In this document: piece after piece, positions 50,231-62,699 of the stretch
How positions within the stretch are numbered: position 1 is the first letter of the stretch
Layout of the letters: each line of letters begins with the position of its first letter
From: Felis catus
Taxonomy: Eukaryota
DNA: 64,000 bases
NCBI RefSeq assembly: GCF_018350175.1
Contig: NC_058368.1
Location: 153,948,001-154,012,000 of the forward strand
Reading direction: 5' to 3'
Position numbers and translations under genes: made by a program
Notes under the pieces: generated by a model
What the model saw: the letters and a program-made list of their open reading frames with translations, nothing else
Database searches by the model: none
Told to the model about the DNA's origin: nothing

Positions 50231-53200
50231 GAAAGCCACTGTGATCTTAATTGATTTCATGAAATGGATAAAGTAATTTTCTTGAACATAAGAGCATTAG
50301 AGGGCCAAGCAGATCTTTAAACAAATGCAAGTATTTATGATAAATGAATTTTACTTTTACATATAACAGAAATAAACAGTTGAAACTTAAGGGGGATAGT
50401 TTAATTATGTATTACTTTAGCAACAATGTACTAAGAACGGAAGAGTAAAGGGGAGAAATAGAGAAGTGTCAGGAAACAACCCAACCCATTATCATGTTGA
50501 CCAGTTCAGCACAAACCTGAAAGCACAGGGTATAAGTACAGTATTCTGAAGATATAGGTCCTTCAGGAGTAAAAAAATACATTGGTATTCTTCACTTAGA
50601 ATTTCATAATTGTTTTGAATTGAAAGAATTTTAGGGTCTCTGCCATCCCAAAATATACAACTATCACTACTTGCTCTGATATTGTTATTCAATTTTAAAT
50701 CAATGAGAATGCTTCTAGTTTCACTACTGTGCTATGACTGTAGAACTGGTTTATTGCATACTCTGCTTTTCTGCTGAGAGTACTTCTGTTTTGTTTTTCG
50801 AAGTGTGAACAGTACCTTCCATTGATCTCTCAGGTAAATAAATGTATGCATAGTGAAGAATGAGCACGGTTTAATAGAAAGCAGAATAATAAAAGCCAAA
50901 GACTTTCTGAGAGTTACCCAATCTTTATTGGTAGAGATTATCCATTTTCTTATAACCCAAAATATTTCTGAGTCCCTCCACAGTTATTGACTTGTTCTTT
51001 TCTCTTTTTGTAGTTAGATCCATAAACGCATGCTCTGAAGAATAGAAAATAAGTGGTCCACAGTACTTCTAAAATAGTATTTGTTGGAGACCACTGAGGC
51101 AATAGAATACTAAGACAAATGAAGTCATTATTCATATAGAAAATGAAGTTGTCGTTGATTTAGAGGGGTTACTGTTGGGAAACTAACTTTCAAGAAAAAT
51201 GCAACACCCTGATAAAGACTGTCACTTGACTCCAAATTGTGCCCTGTCAGTGCGATATTTCATTTCAGATAGGATCACATGTGCTAGTTGATTTTGCAGT
51301 TATGAGTCAAGACATTCGATTCCTGGGGATATTTTACAAAACAGGAAAGGGAAAGAATGAGAAGAGGGAAAGGGATGTAAGGTGACTCTGAATTTAGGAT
51401 TGTCTTTGAGGGCATTTCATCAAAATACAAGAATCTTTATTCTCATAGGTTTCTCTTAGCCTTTTCTAATATCATTTCATTTTCCTTGAATGTATCAAAC
51501 CTTAATGTCAAACTCACCTTGAAAAACAATCTCTGCTTTGCTCAGAAATGTACTCAGTTTCTCCTTTCAAACATCCTGTGGTTCCATATCTAGAATGCTG
51601 TCCTTTCCCATCTCAATTGGCTGAATTCTTAATTTACCCGTTCTCTTTTGTAAGCTGTGGCCCTCTAATCGGTGAGGGTAACAGGGACTCGGACCATTTC
51701 AATCAGAGAGTCATAAAGACCAAAATGCAGATAAAGGTCAACATGGAAATCTAGTATTGTCCAAATGTAAGTCAGAATCAGAGAGGAAATTTAAACAATA
51801 ACCTAATTCCCATTACTATTATTTCCAGTCTTCTCCCAGTTCTCCCAATGCCAAGATCCTGAGAATTTGCAAAGAAAAAGGAAAAGGGGAATGTAGCTGA
51901 TATATATCTTGTCCTTTGCTGTTGTTAAAATTCACGATGTCAAGATAAAACTAGATGCCTCTGTGCCTTGTGTAATGTGGAGACTCTGAAAAGGTGTAGA
52001 TACTTGCATACCAGCTAGAGTTGCCTTTTCTCTTTTGATCACCAGGGGCTATAAGGAACCGTAGGCAAAATTGCCTCCAGACACATACAGAGAAAATCTA
52101 ATGTGATTATGTTGTATCAAAAGAAATAATAGGAAGACATTATACAATGTATGGGCAAAATATTATGCTTTGGGAAATGAACAAGTGACATGGTTATTTC
52201 AGAAGGATGTAATCCAAAATAAAGGAGTTGGAGTAGGCAGAAGTCAGGCTTTGTCAGCTAGTTTAAAATTCTGATTTATGTCTTAAAAGTAATTTTTTAA
52301 TTCAGCTAGTAATAAATGGTTCTCATAGTTCATGCTTATTATAGAACATCTCTATAATATTCTGACAACAAATGCAAGTCACTGATATACCTCCTCCTCT
52401 AAGAATTCCTTAATCACTCAGATAAAGTTTGAACTCTGCCTTTTCCAAATCCTTATAGCTTTTTACTTTGGATTTCAATATTTTATTGGGTAATATATTT
52501 TAAATTTAAATGTGGCATATTAACTTCTAGCCCTTTGTCAAAAATTTACAACAAATACAAAATCAGCTTTTTTCTTTGTTGTCACGTTTGCCGAATTCTT
52601 CCTAGAACAGTTAAAATCCTTCCTAGAACAATATTGTTTGTACAAGAAGTCCACTTTGGGGTTTAGTTGTATTGAAGTTTGTCACAACTGAGAAGCAGGT
52701 TTAATTAAGAAGTTGAAATGACCCCTAACCTTTGATATCTTCTTTGCCTTAGATCATTAAGAGGATCTGGCACAATATTTAATCTCCAAATCCCAAACTT
52801 CTAGAGTCCTTTCCAGAAGCCCCGCTAAGGCTTAGCTCTTCATTTCCTAGCTTTTTACTGAATATGACATTTGAGATCAGTGACCATGGGTAGATCATAT
52901 GAGGAGGTGTGCCATCAACTTGTCATATCAGTCAGTGCTTAGTTACTTTCACTAAATTTGTTTGTTGTTGTTGCTGTTACTATCAACATAGGCAGGGAGT
53001 TCAGAGAACCCATGATATTAAGTATGGAGATTCAAAGATTGACAGTAAAGGATTACTATGAAGTTAAGCCAGCTTACACCATATCCAATTAACTTTAGCA
53101 CTAGTGTCTGAGTTAACAACTGAAAGGAAAAAAAATGTTTCATCCCTGAGGAAGGAAAAGTCTTTTTAGAAAGAATTGATACATCATCCAATTATTTTTG

Positions 53201-53341
53201 AAACATAAATTGGTAAACCAGAGTCATCTCACTCAAGTAGATGCCAGATAGTACAAGCCATGCTTTCTAAACAGTCTATAATGGCAGTGAATACTAATTT
53301 TCATCATTCTTTGAAATTAAAGAAGAGGAATAAAGATTCCT

Positions 53342-53472
53342 GGGGTGCATGAGTGGCTCAGTTGGTTAAGCGTCCAACTCTTGTTCTCGGCTTAGGTCTT
53401 GATCTCAGGATTGTGAGTTCAAGCCCCACAGTGGGCTCTGCTCTGGACATTAAGCCTACTTAAAAAAAAAAA
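53342..53472 (+). mobile_element. Short CAN-SINE lacking the (CT)n region
   Basis: tRNA-like head with A box (gtggctcagttgg) and B box (gagttcaagcc), then 'agcctactt' running directly into A11. Confidence 0.88.
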
Positions 53473-53479
53473 TCCAGGT

Positions 53480-53800
53480 CACTGTTTCTCAAAGCTTGGT
53501 CCATGGACAATTTTTCGTCAGAATCATGTATGCTTTATTCACTTATTTAATCATTAGTAATTTTTCACTCATTCATTTATGAATTATTTATAAGGTATTT
53601 ATCATGTGTCAAATGCTGTTTAATGTTCTGGGGTGCAGTGGTACCTAAGAAAGTCTCTTGCTATTAAACGGGTATTATTAGAAAGGAAATTATCCTGGGC
53701 TCTTCTCAGACCAACCAAATAAGAATATCTGGTGATCAGGCCTCCTGAAGTTTTACCCTTGATTTGTAGGGGGGGACATTGCTAACAGTGAGAAAAGCTG
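53480..53800. mobile_element. MER5-like hAT-Charlie MITE with an L2 3'-end fragment inside (~53530-53670)
   Basis: TIR-like ends cactgtttctcaaa ... tgagaaaagctg. Internal 'cagaatca', 'tcctgggctc..ctcagacc..aaataagaatatctgg'. Confidence 0.55.
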
Positions 53801-53911
53801 TCCATTAATCATTTCTCAGTTCAGTACAACTTTTAAAAATGTATATACTCATCATTTGTATCCTAGAAACTGCATATTTGAAATAAAGAGTTCTCTACTT
53901 ATTTAAAAGCA

Positions 53912-53928
53912 TGTGCGTGTGCGCACAG

Positions 53929-53969
<41 letters not shown>
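53912..53969. repeat. (TG/CG)-(CA)n microsatellite
   Basis: Direct reading. Confidence 0.95.
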
Positions 53970-53972
<3 letters not shown>

Positions 53973-56733
53973 CCAGTCCTCCAATTTTCTTACTAACCTG
54001 GGATGCTGAAGATATAGACTGGAAGCTTATGTAAAACATTTCTATTTGGGCACATTAGTGTTATATAACTCCTCAACTGATTTACTCAAACCTATCTGAA
54101 TTTTTGTGATTTCCACATTTGATTGCCTCTTTTATTCTGTTCTTTTCCCTCTACCATCTTTTAAAAATATATATTTAATGATATATGCTAGATATAGTCT
54201 TTTGTTTCCTCTGCTTCATCAATGGTATTAATATTTTTCAGATTATAAATTTAGACCTAATGTCAGTCTTTTTTTTTTTTTCTTCAGCGATTCTATATTA
54301 CTTTTTTGGCCACTTTTAACTATGATGTAAGCCCTGACTTCTTTCATGTACTCTAACTGGATTCTTTCCTTGTAGATTTTCTAATTATGCTTTCAGTACT
54401 GTCATTTTTGGATGGGAAGGAGATCAATATCTTAACTATACTTTTTTTTTTTTTAATGTGTCACCTGCTTATGTTGGAAGGCCTAGGCCCCACACAGCCA
54501 ATAAAGTTAGCAAAGTCACTGCCCCAAAGATAAAGTGAGACTAATTTGCTTTGGCAGCCAACACACCCCAAGAGATTTGGGAGCCCAGCCAACCTGAACT
54601 TGGAAGCAGTGATGAAGCTGTCGACTGCCCGAGACTCCTTTCGTTCTGATTCAGTGCAAAAAGGCTGGCACAGTACAAAGTGGTCCCAACTAGATTCTAT
54701 GAGACTGAGATTTCATCCCAGCTGTTTTACCATTAACCAGGCCACAATTAAGACAGGAAGTCATGTAGAATAAGGCAACATATCTCTGACAGAAAATATT
54801 TTAGAGTATTAAATATAATATGTTAATTGTACAGCAATATTTCTGTGACTGTAGGTGAGAAAAAGCTACAAATATTTTTCTAAGTATAATTCAAATGACT
54901 TTATTTAGTTGCATTTCATAGCCCAATACCCTTGTGTTTTGCTGAGATACATTTAAAGAACAGAGCTGAGATATCAGCTGTTTAGTTGGATGCTTTCCGT
55001 TGATTTTTTTTTCCCTGTGAATTACCTTGAAATACCTCCCCAAAGAGCATATCTAGGATGTTCTTAATTAACTTCAGAGTAGGCATGAGCTGTTAGCAAT
55101 TTCTCAGTGTCAGGATCAAATACAGTGATTTTCACTGCATCATTTCATACATGAAAATTCCTGTAGAAAAGTTAATCGCGCAGCCATTAAAAAAATCCTG
55201 AACCCCAAACAAGAAAATAGGCAAGCCGGATAAAAATGAACAATATTGTAGTTAATGTACAGATAATGGTTAACCTGCAGAATATTAATAACTTCTTCAT
55301 TGAATTTACCATGTGAAACTTATTTATAGCTCTGTAAAGTGATATGGGCCCACTTTCAGATTTTCAAATATTAAATTTGAGGACTTGCTTTAGAAATTTA
55401 TAGGAATTAGCAGAATGTACCTGCTGTGAAGCTATTTTAAAAAGACTTAGAAAATTATTCATATTTTGTAGACTTTTTATAATAAATTAATCTTCTGAAT
55501 ATTATGCAAGATGCCGTATTTTGACACTCGGGTATATCTTTGAAGCCAAGCCAAAACAATGAAATACTTATATTTTTAGTCTTAATTTCTCCCACCATTT
55601 ATTTCTGTCATCCCGCTGCTTGGCAGCTGCAAACCTAGCTCTTACCTCTAGGCAAACAGTCAAGCAAGCGTCTCTTTCCCGAACTAATGGCCATGTGGCT
55701 CCTTGGATTAATTGGCAAGTCAATGGTGCAGCCTGTATGTTGTTTCCCCAGGAGACCTGGTACTTCACATCAGCAACTTTTTGAATTCAGTTTGGCCTTA
55801 AGTTTGCTCCCAATCTTAACTCTTTCTAGACCACTTGTATTCCAATGGATGGCCAGAGTGTACAGCTCTGGTAGGGGATACATCTTTCAAAGAGGCTTAA
55901 GAAAAATGGGAAAGATAAACTCTTAATTACAAAATAAGAAAAACATCTTGGAAAATGAGATGTTTCTTTTGCAAAGTTAACTTTTTATTTGACCATTTAT
56001 GTACAGAAAGTGTTTTGGGGAGATTCTTAAGATAAACTGCTTTTGATGAGTTTTTGTTGGATAGTTTTTCTTGAAATTACTATTTAAATTCTTAATTCCC
56101 TTATACTTAATCACCCTTAGGCAGAATAGGTTGAAAATGGGAACTTTCAGTTCTGATTTGGCCACAAACTTTGTAAAAGAACTTGGGAATAGAAGGTAAC
56201 GTATGCTTTCTTCTGTGTAGAATTAATTTTGAAAAGGTAAGATCTTTTCTAATTCTAAAATTCTGGATATATTTTTAAAATTCAGCCAGTGATTCTAAAT
56301 TTATTATCCAGAGATAGAAACCGAACCTCAAGTACTTCTAATTAGTTTGTCTGCTTAACAGAAATAGTTTCATCTGAATTCAGGTGTTCTGCTTTACTTT
56401 TTGTTCAGTCACTACCGGAATTGGATGTGTCATACGTAAACTTGGCAAGAAATGGTGCTGTTTAGAATTCTCTTAAAATGACCCGGTACTCCAGAACAGC
56501 ATGTCTAATGGAAATATAGATTGGGCCCCATAATTTTATTTTAAATAACTTTAAATTTTCTAATACTCATGTTTAAAAATTAAAAGGAGATAGATAAAAT
56601 TAACTTTAATTGTGTATTTTAAACCAGTATATCAAAAATATATCCTTTATGTAGTTAATATTTTAAAATTGAGTAATGATATGTTTTACATTTTTTTCAT
56701 GTATATTTTCCACTTCCAAATATGTCAGTTCAA

Positions 56734-56945
56734 GGGGCGCCTGGATGGCTCATTCAGTTAAGTCTCTGACTCTCCAATTCGGCTCAAGTCATGATCTCAT
56801 GGTTGGTGAGATCAATCCCAGCATCAGCCTCTGTGGGGGCAGTGTGGAGCCTGTTTGGGATTCTCTCTCCCTTCTCTCTGCCCCTCCTTCTCTTTCTCTC
56901 TCTCACTCCCTCTCTCAAAATAAATAATAAAGTAAACTTAAAAAA
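56734..56945 (+). mobile_element. CAN-SINE
   Basis: Canonical body. Degenerate TSD tca(g/a)ttcaa. Confidence 0.94.
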
Positions 56946-56969
56946 TTATCAATTCAAACACTAAATTTT

Positions 56970-58259
56970 CCCCCAGTTTTATCAAGAAACAATTGACATA
57001 TATCACGGTGTAAGTTTAAGGCATACAGCCTGATGGTTTGATTTATATATACTGTGAAATGATTACTACAATGGGTTTAGTTAACATCCATCATCTCATG
57101 TAAATACAATAAACAAAATTCTCCTTGTGATAGGAAATCTTACCAGGTTTCTTATGTATAATACAGCAATTTTAGCTATAGTCATCATGTGCATTGTATC
57201 CCTAATACTTATTTATAACTGGAAGTTTGCACTTTTGTGCCTCCTTGCCCTGATTCCTCCTCCCTGCCTCTGGTTACCACAAGTCTGATCTCATACAGTA
57301 TTTATCTTTCTCAGACTTATTTAACCTAGCATAATGCCTTCAAGGTAACTTCCATATTGCTGCAAATGATAGGATTTTCTCATTTTTTAAAAAAAATTTT
57401 TATATGGTTGTTTATTTTTGAGAGAGACAGAGTGCTAGTGGGGGAGGGGCGGAGAGGAGGGTGACACAGAATCCAAAACAGGCTCCAGGTTCTGAGTTGT
57501 CAGCACAGAGCCCGACGCAGGGCTCAGACTCATGAACCATGAGATCATGACCTAAGCTGAAGTTGGATACTTAACCGGCTGAGTCATCCAGGTGCCTCAG
57601 GATTTCCTCATTTTTAATGGCTGAATAATATTTCAGTATAAATATAGCACAACCTTTTTTATCCATTCATTCATTGATGGACATGTCAGTTATTTCCATG
57701 TCTTGGCTATTTAAATAATGCTGCTGTGCCCATGCGTGAGAAGGTGTCTTTTTGATTTGTACTTTTTTTTGGTCTTTTTTATATATTTCTAAGAGGAATC
57801 ACCAGATCATATGCTTGTTCTATTTTTAATTTTTTGAGGAACCTCCACACTGTTTTCCATAGTGACCATACCAATTTACAATCTTCCCAACGGGGGACAG
57901 AGATTCCATTTTTCCTGCATCTGTGTTGCCTTTTATTATCTCTTGTCTTTTTATGATGGCCATTTTAACAGGAATGAAGTGGTGTTTCATTATGGCTCGA
58001 ATTTGCATTTCCCTGATGACTAATGGTGTTGAGCATCTTTCTGTGTAACTATTGGCCTTTTGTATATATTCTTTGAAGAAATGTCTAGTCAGGTTCTTTT
58101 TCCATTTGTGAATTGGATTATTTGTTTTATTGCTATTGAGTTGTATGAGTTCTTTATATATTTTAGACATTAACCCTTTATCAGATACATGGCTTATGGA
58201 TATTTTTTTCCCATTCTGTAGATAGTCTTTTCAGCCTGTTGACATTTTCTTTTGCTGAG
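56970..58259 (-). mobile_element. 5'-truncated L1 (L1MA9/early carnivore-like)
   Basis: ORF2 peptide SKIYKELIQLNSNKTNNPIHKW...LVIREMQI (57826-58170) and L1 3'UTR text. TSD ac(a/g)ctaaatttt at 56958-56969 and 58260-58271. Confidence 0.9.
57385..57598 (-). mobile_element. CAN-SINE inside L1
   Basis: Antisense SINE. TSD aggattt(t/c)ctcattttt. Confidence 0.95.
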
Positions 58260-59127
58260 ACGCTAAATTTTTTTCAAAAATAGTTATTCTACACTTTTAT
58301 TTCATAAAATTTATAACAAGAGAAGTAGATTCACACCTACAAATTGTTCCACGCATATTTAAAAGTTCTTAATTAACTTTGAATTTAACTTTAATTACAT
58401 TTTAATTTAATTTAACTTAAAAACCAAGTTTCTTAGTGGCATAAGCCACATTTCGAGTGTTCAGTAATCACAGGTGGCAAGTGGTACCATATTGCACAGT
58501 GCATATCTAAAGGTAAATCTAATTCTCACTGGGAATCAAACTTGAAATTTTGAAGACTTCTTAATAATAACAAAAATTATATAGAGTGGGAAAGAGAGTT
58601 TTCTGTTAAATTCATGAAGTTTAATGATATGTTAAAATAAATAGTTTGCCTGAGCTTTGTTTTCTAACTTCAGTTCTTCTCTGCAAAAACTTTTTGCTTT
58701 CATGGAAAACAATTATTATAACTCTAGATCCATTGCTCTTTAGGTAATCCAAGATACCCAGCCTCCTCTTATAAATAAAACTCTAAAGTAAGAGGTAATG
58801 ATTGTGTAATAGCGTTTTATTTTTGCTTATGTCTTAAAACATTGCAGGTTAAAGCATCTAAAGAATACAGAGAAAATCTTGTCCAAATCCAAGCACTTAG
58901 ATACACTACAGCACCAATTTCTTAAGCACATACACTACAAATGATCTTTTTAAAGCTCAAGTTTTCTAAGGTATGAGTAAAAATCTTTAAAGAAGAGGAA
59001 AGAATTCCTTTAACTTTGAATATGATGTTTAACAAAGAAAAAAATCTATTTGTTCATTGTGAAAAAGGTGGCTAGACATCAATTTTTAGAGCTGAGAGAA
59101 AATTAAATGTAGTCTAAACTGCATTTT

Positions 59128-59300
59128 GGGTGGCACTGGGGTTGGCTCAGTCGGTTAAGTGTCTTACCTCAGCTCAGGTCATGATCTTGCATTTCATGAG
59201 TTCGAGCCCCATATTGGGCTCTCTTCAGATCTGTCCGTCTCTCTCTCTGACTTTCCCCTGCTCACGTGCTCTCTCTCTCTCTCAAAAATAAATAAATTTT
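59128..59300 (+). mobile_element. CAN-SINE with internal deletion
   Basis: A box and B box present. The segment between 'gggctct' and 'cttcagat' is missing. Degenerate TSD taaa(c/t)tg(c/t)a. Confidence 0.9.
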
Positions 59301-59475
59301 AAATTGTACTTTTTACAAGTAAGGAACTGAGTTCCAAAGAGGCAAAGTGATTTGTCAAGATTATCAGATATTTTATAGCAGATCCTGGACTGGAACCCAT
59401 GTTTCTTTTTTGATTTCCTACTTCATACTTGTCCCCAAATTTACGCAATCGGATGTGTATAAATATAAGATTGCA

Positions 59476-59700
59476 GGGCAGCTGTGTGGGTCAGTCATTA
59501 AAGCCTCTGACTCTTTATCTTGGCTCAGGTCACCATCTCATGGTTAGTGAGTTCAAGCACTGCATCCAGTTCTGTGCTGATGGTGTGGAGCCTGCTTGGG
59601 ATTCTCTCTCCCACTCTATCTGCCCCTCCCCCACTCATGCTCGCATGTGCTCCCTCTCTCGTTCTCTCTTTCAAAATAAATGAATAAAGTTAAAAAATAT
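59476..59700 (+). mobile_element. CAN-SINE
   Basis: Perfect 16-bp TSD taaatataagattgca at 59460-59475 and 59701-59716. Confidence 0.95.
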
Positions 59701-59934
59701 TAAATATAAGATTGCAAAATTGTTATATACTTTATTCCAAAATGCTACTGAGCAAATACATGGAACAATAGAAAGACTTACTTCTGGTTCTTGCATACTA
59801 AAAAGCAGCCCTAAATTTTAGCAACAATAATGTTGTTCATTACATACTTTCATCCTCTCCAATCATGCAGAGGTGCTTAGGAACTCATATAGAGGTAGAC
59901 CATACAAAATAAAAATTACATAAATTTGCTATAC

Positions 59935-60145
59935 GGGCATCTGGGTGGCTCAGTCAGTTGGGCCTCTAGCTCTTGACTTCGGCTCAGGTTGTGATCTCAC
60001 AGTTCCTGGGTTCAAGTCCCACATCAGGCTTTGTGCTGGCAGTGCAGAGCCTGCCTAGGATTCTATCTCTCCTTCTCTCTCTACCCCTCCCCCACTCATG
60101 CACTCTGTCTCTTTCTGTCTCCCAAAATAAATAAATAAACTTAAA
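59935..60145 (+). mobile_element. CAN-SINE
   Basis: Canonical body. TSD at(t/c)tgctata. Confidence 0.95.
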
Positions 60146-60850
60146 ATATCTGCTATAAAATGTTTAAAACCAGAAAAAGTATTGCAAACAATGTCCTCTT
60201 AAAAAATGCGGAAGGTGTGGATCAAGGTATTTAATAGGGTATAAACATCCTTTAAGTATAATGTGTTTGAATTATTAATTAATATGAAGTAAGAAAATGA
60301 AATATATCAGCTTAAATTACCAGATACATCATATTTTATCTACCAGTAGTGGCCTACTTAAAATGCTGAATCATGTTTTTATTTGTTTGTTTGGTTTTAA
60401 ATGTGTATAACTGTAACACTGGGATGCTAGCAAAGCAAATTACTAAAAATTCAGATTTTTTTTTTAGACTCACCTGTTGATTGATAACAAATTAATCCCT
60501 CAAACATTTCAGGTTTGTAAAGAATAAATATTTCAGAATGTCCCAAAGTAATATAATTTTAAAAAATTAATAAAAAATTATTACCCACAATGCTGACAAT
60601 TGTGGAAGCGAATTATGAGTACATGGCAGTTCATTTGCTTATTTTCTCTACTTCTGTATATATTATTTTAACATTTTCATAATAAAAAGGTAAAACACTT
60701 TAAAAATATGCCTATCTTTCAAGTTGATGGAATCGTAGTACTCAAAATCTTTATAGAGAGATGGCTGAAAGAACTATTAGTAATAAGACAGGGATCTTGT
60801 TGTATTGTTGTACTCAGTATAAGTTAAGAATGTCATGGAGAGGTTGGAGG

Positions 60851-60861
60851 AAGATGGCGGC
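60851..60861 (+). promoter_or_regulatory. YY1-type motif at the start of the L1 internal promoter
   Basis: aagatggcggc, about 10 bp into the element, at the position where mammalian L1s carry a YY1 site. Confidence 0.65.
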
Positions 60862-61754
60862 GTAGGAGGATGCTGGGCTCACCGCGTCCTGCTGATCCCT
60901 TAGATTCCACCCACCCTGCCTAAATAACCCAGAAAACCACCAGAAGACTAGCAGAACGGATTCTCTGGAGCCAAGCATAGACGAGAAGCCCACGGAAGAG
61001 GGTAGGAAGGGCAGAGAGGTGGTGCGCGCTACATGGACTAGCGGGAGGGAGCCAGGGCGGAGGGGCAGCCCGCCGGCCAAGCAGAGCCCCTGAGTCTAGC
61101 TTGCAAAAGTGGAGGGGCTGGACAGAGTGTGTTTGGACCGCGAGCGGGACTTAACATCTGGAAGGTTATAAGCTAACAGCTCTGCTTGGAGAGCAGGAGG
61201 GCTGGAGGACAATGTGAGGGAGAGTTGTTGAGCCCCGGGCGACAGAGCTCAGCTTGGTGCGGAACAAAAGCACTCGCCAGTGCCATCTCCCTCGCCCATC
61301 CCCCAGCCAAAATACCAAAGGGAACCAGTTCCTGTCAGGGAACTTGCACCACGTGAACACCCAAGGCTCTGCTTCTGCGGATCCATCCCTCAGCGGGTCT
61401 GACTCATTCCTGTGCTGCAGCACCCCTCCCGAAGCGGATCACCAAAGGAAAAGTGAGCTGAGCCTGCCCCTCCCGCCCCTGTGCACCTTGCCTACCACCC
61501 CAGCTAATATGCCAGATCCCCAGCACCACAAGCCTGCCAGTGTGCAAGTAGCCCAGACAGGCAACGCCACCCCATGGTGAATCCCACCCCTAGGAGAGGG
61601 GAAGAGAAGGTACACACCAGTCTGACTGTGACGCCAGTGGTGGGCTGGGGACTGACATCAGGTCTGACTGCGGCCCTGCCCACCAATGCAAGTTATTCAA
61701 GACAGCACAGGGGAAGTGCCCCACAGTTCCCCACCACTCCAGGGACTATCCAAA

Positions 61755-62649
61755 ATGACGAAACAGAAGAATTCCCCTCAAAAGAATCTCCAGGAAATAA
61801 TGACAGCTAACAAACTGATCAAAAATGATTTAAGCAATATAACAGAAAGTGAATTTAGAATAATAGTCATAAAAGTAATCGCTGGGCTTGAAAACAGTAT
61901 ACAGGACAGCAGAGAATCTATTGCTACACAGATCAAAGGACTAAGGAACAGCCAGGAGGGGCTAAAAAATGCTATAAATGAGCTGCAAAATAAAATGGAG
62001 ACTACCAAAGCTTGGATTGAAGAGGCAGAGAAGAGAATAGGTGAACTGGAAGATAAAATTATGGAAAAAGAGGAAGCTGAGAAAAAGAGAGATAAAAAAA
62101 ATCCAGGAGTATGAGGGGAAAATTAAAAAACTAAGAGTTGCACTAAAAAGAAATAATCTACACATACTGGTATTCCAGAGGAGGAAGAGAGAGGGAAAGG
62201 TGCTGAAGGGGTACTTGAAGACATAATAGCTGAGAACTTCCCTGATCTGGGGAAGGAAAAAAGCATTGAAATCCAAGAGGCACAGAGAACTCCCTTCAGA
62301 CGTAACTTGAACTGATCTTCTGCATGACATATCATAGTGAAACTAGCAAAATACAAGGATAAAGAGAAAATTCTGAAAGCAGCTAGGGATAAACGTGCTC
62401 TAACATATAAAGGAAGACTGATAAGACTTGTGATGGATCTCTCTACTCAAATTTGGCAGGCCAGAAAGGAATGGCAGGAAATCTTCAATGTGACGAACAG
62501 AAAAAAATATGCAGCCAAGAATCCTTTCTCCAGCAAATCTGTCATTTAGAATAGAAGGAGAGATAAAGGTCTTCCCAAACAAAAACTGAAGGAATTCATC
62601 ACCTAGTGGTGATCCAGCCCTACAAGAGATCCTAAGGGGGATCCTGTGA
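61755..62649 (+). pseudogene. L1 ORF1p (coiled-coil/RRM/CTD), disrupted
   Basis: MTKQKNSPQKNLQE...coiled coil. Frameshift in the A run near 62095-62101 and TGA codons near 62313 and 62325. The ILKAARDKRALTYKG motif follows in a later frame. Terminal TGA at 62647-62649. Confidence 0.9.
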
Positions 62650-62699
62650 GACAAAGTACCATAGACATTGCTACAAGCATGAAACCTACAGACATCACA

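Larger units (their letters stand above)
56497..58503. mobile_element. MER33/MER3-related hAT-Charlie DNA transposon, split by a SINE and an L1
   Basis: Left part 'cagcatgtctaatggaaatata...ttaaattttctaatactcatg' (56497-56733). Right part '...agccacatttcgagtgttcagtaatcacaggtggcaagtggtaccatattgcacagtgca' (58260-58503). Confidence 0.75.

Noticed and set aside
4392..60145. Many similar short ORFs starting MAQSV... or MFIFERER...
   Set aside because: They are CAN-SINE translations, not a gene family.
8562..60145. tRNA-like A/B-box sequences as tRNA genes
   Set aside because: All lie in SINE heads followed by SINE body and tail, with TSDs. I see no standalone cloverleaf.
60814..61686. Antisense 5'UTR ORFs as an ORF0-like gene
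   Set aside because: ORFs of 60-108 codons on both strands are expected in GC-rich UTR sequence. There is no further support, and ORF0 is described for primate L1.
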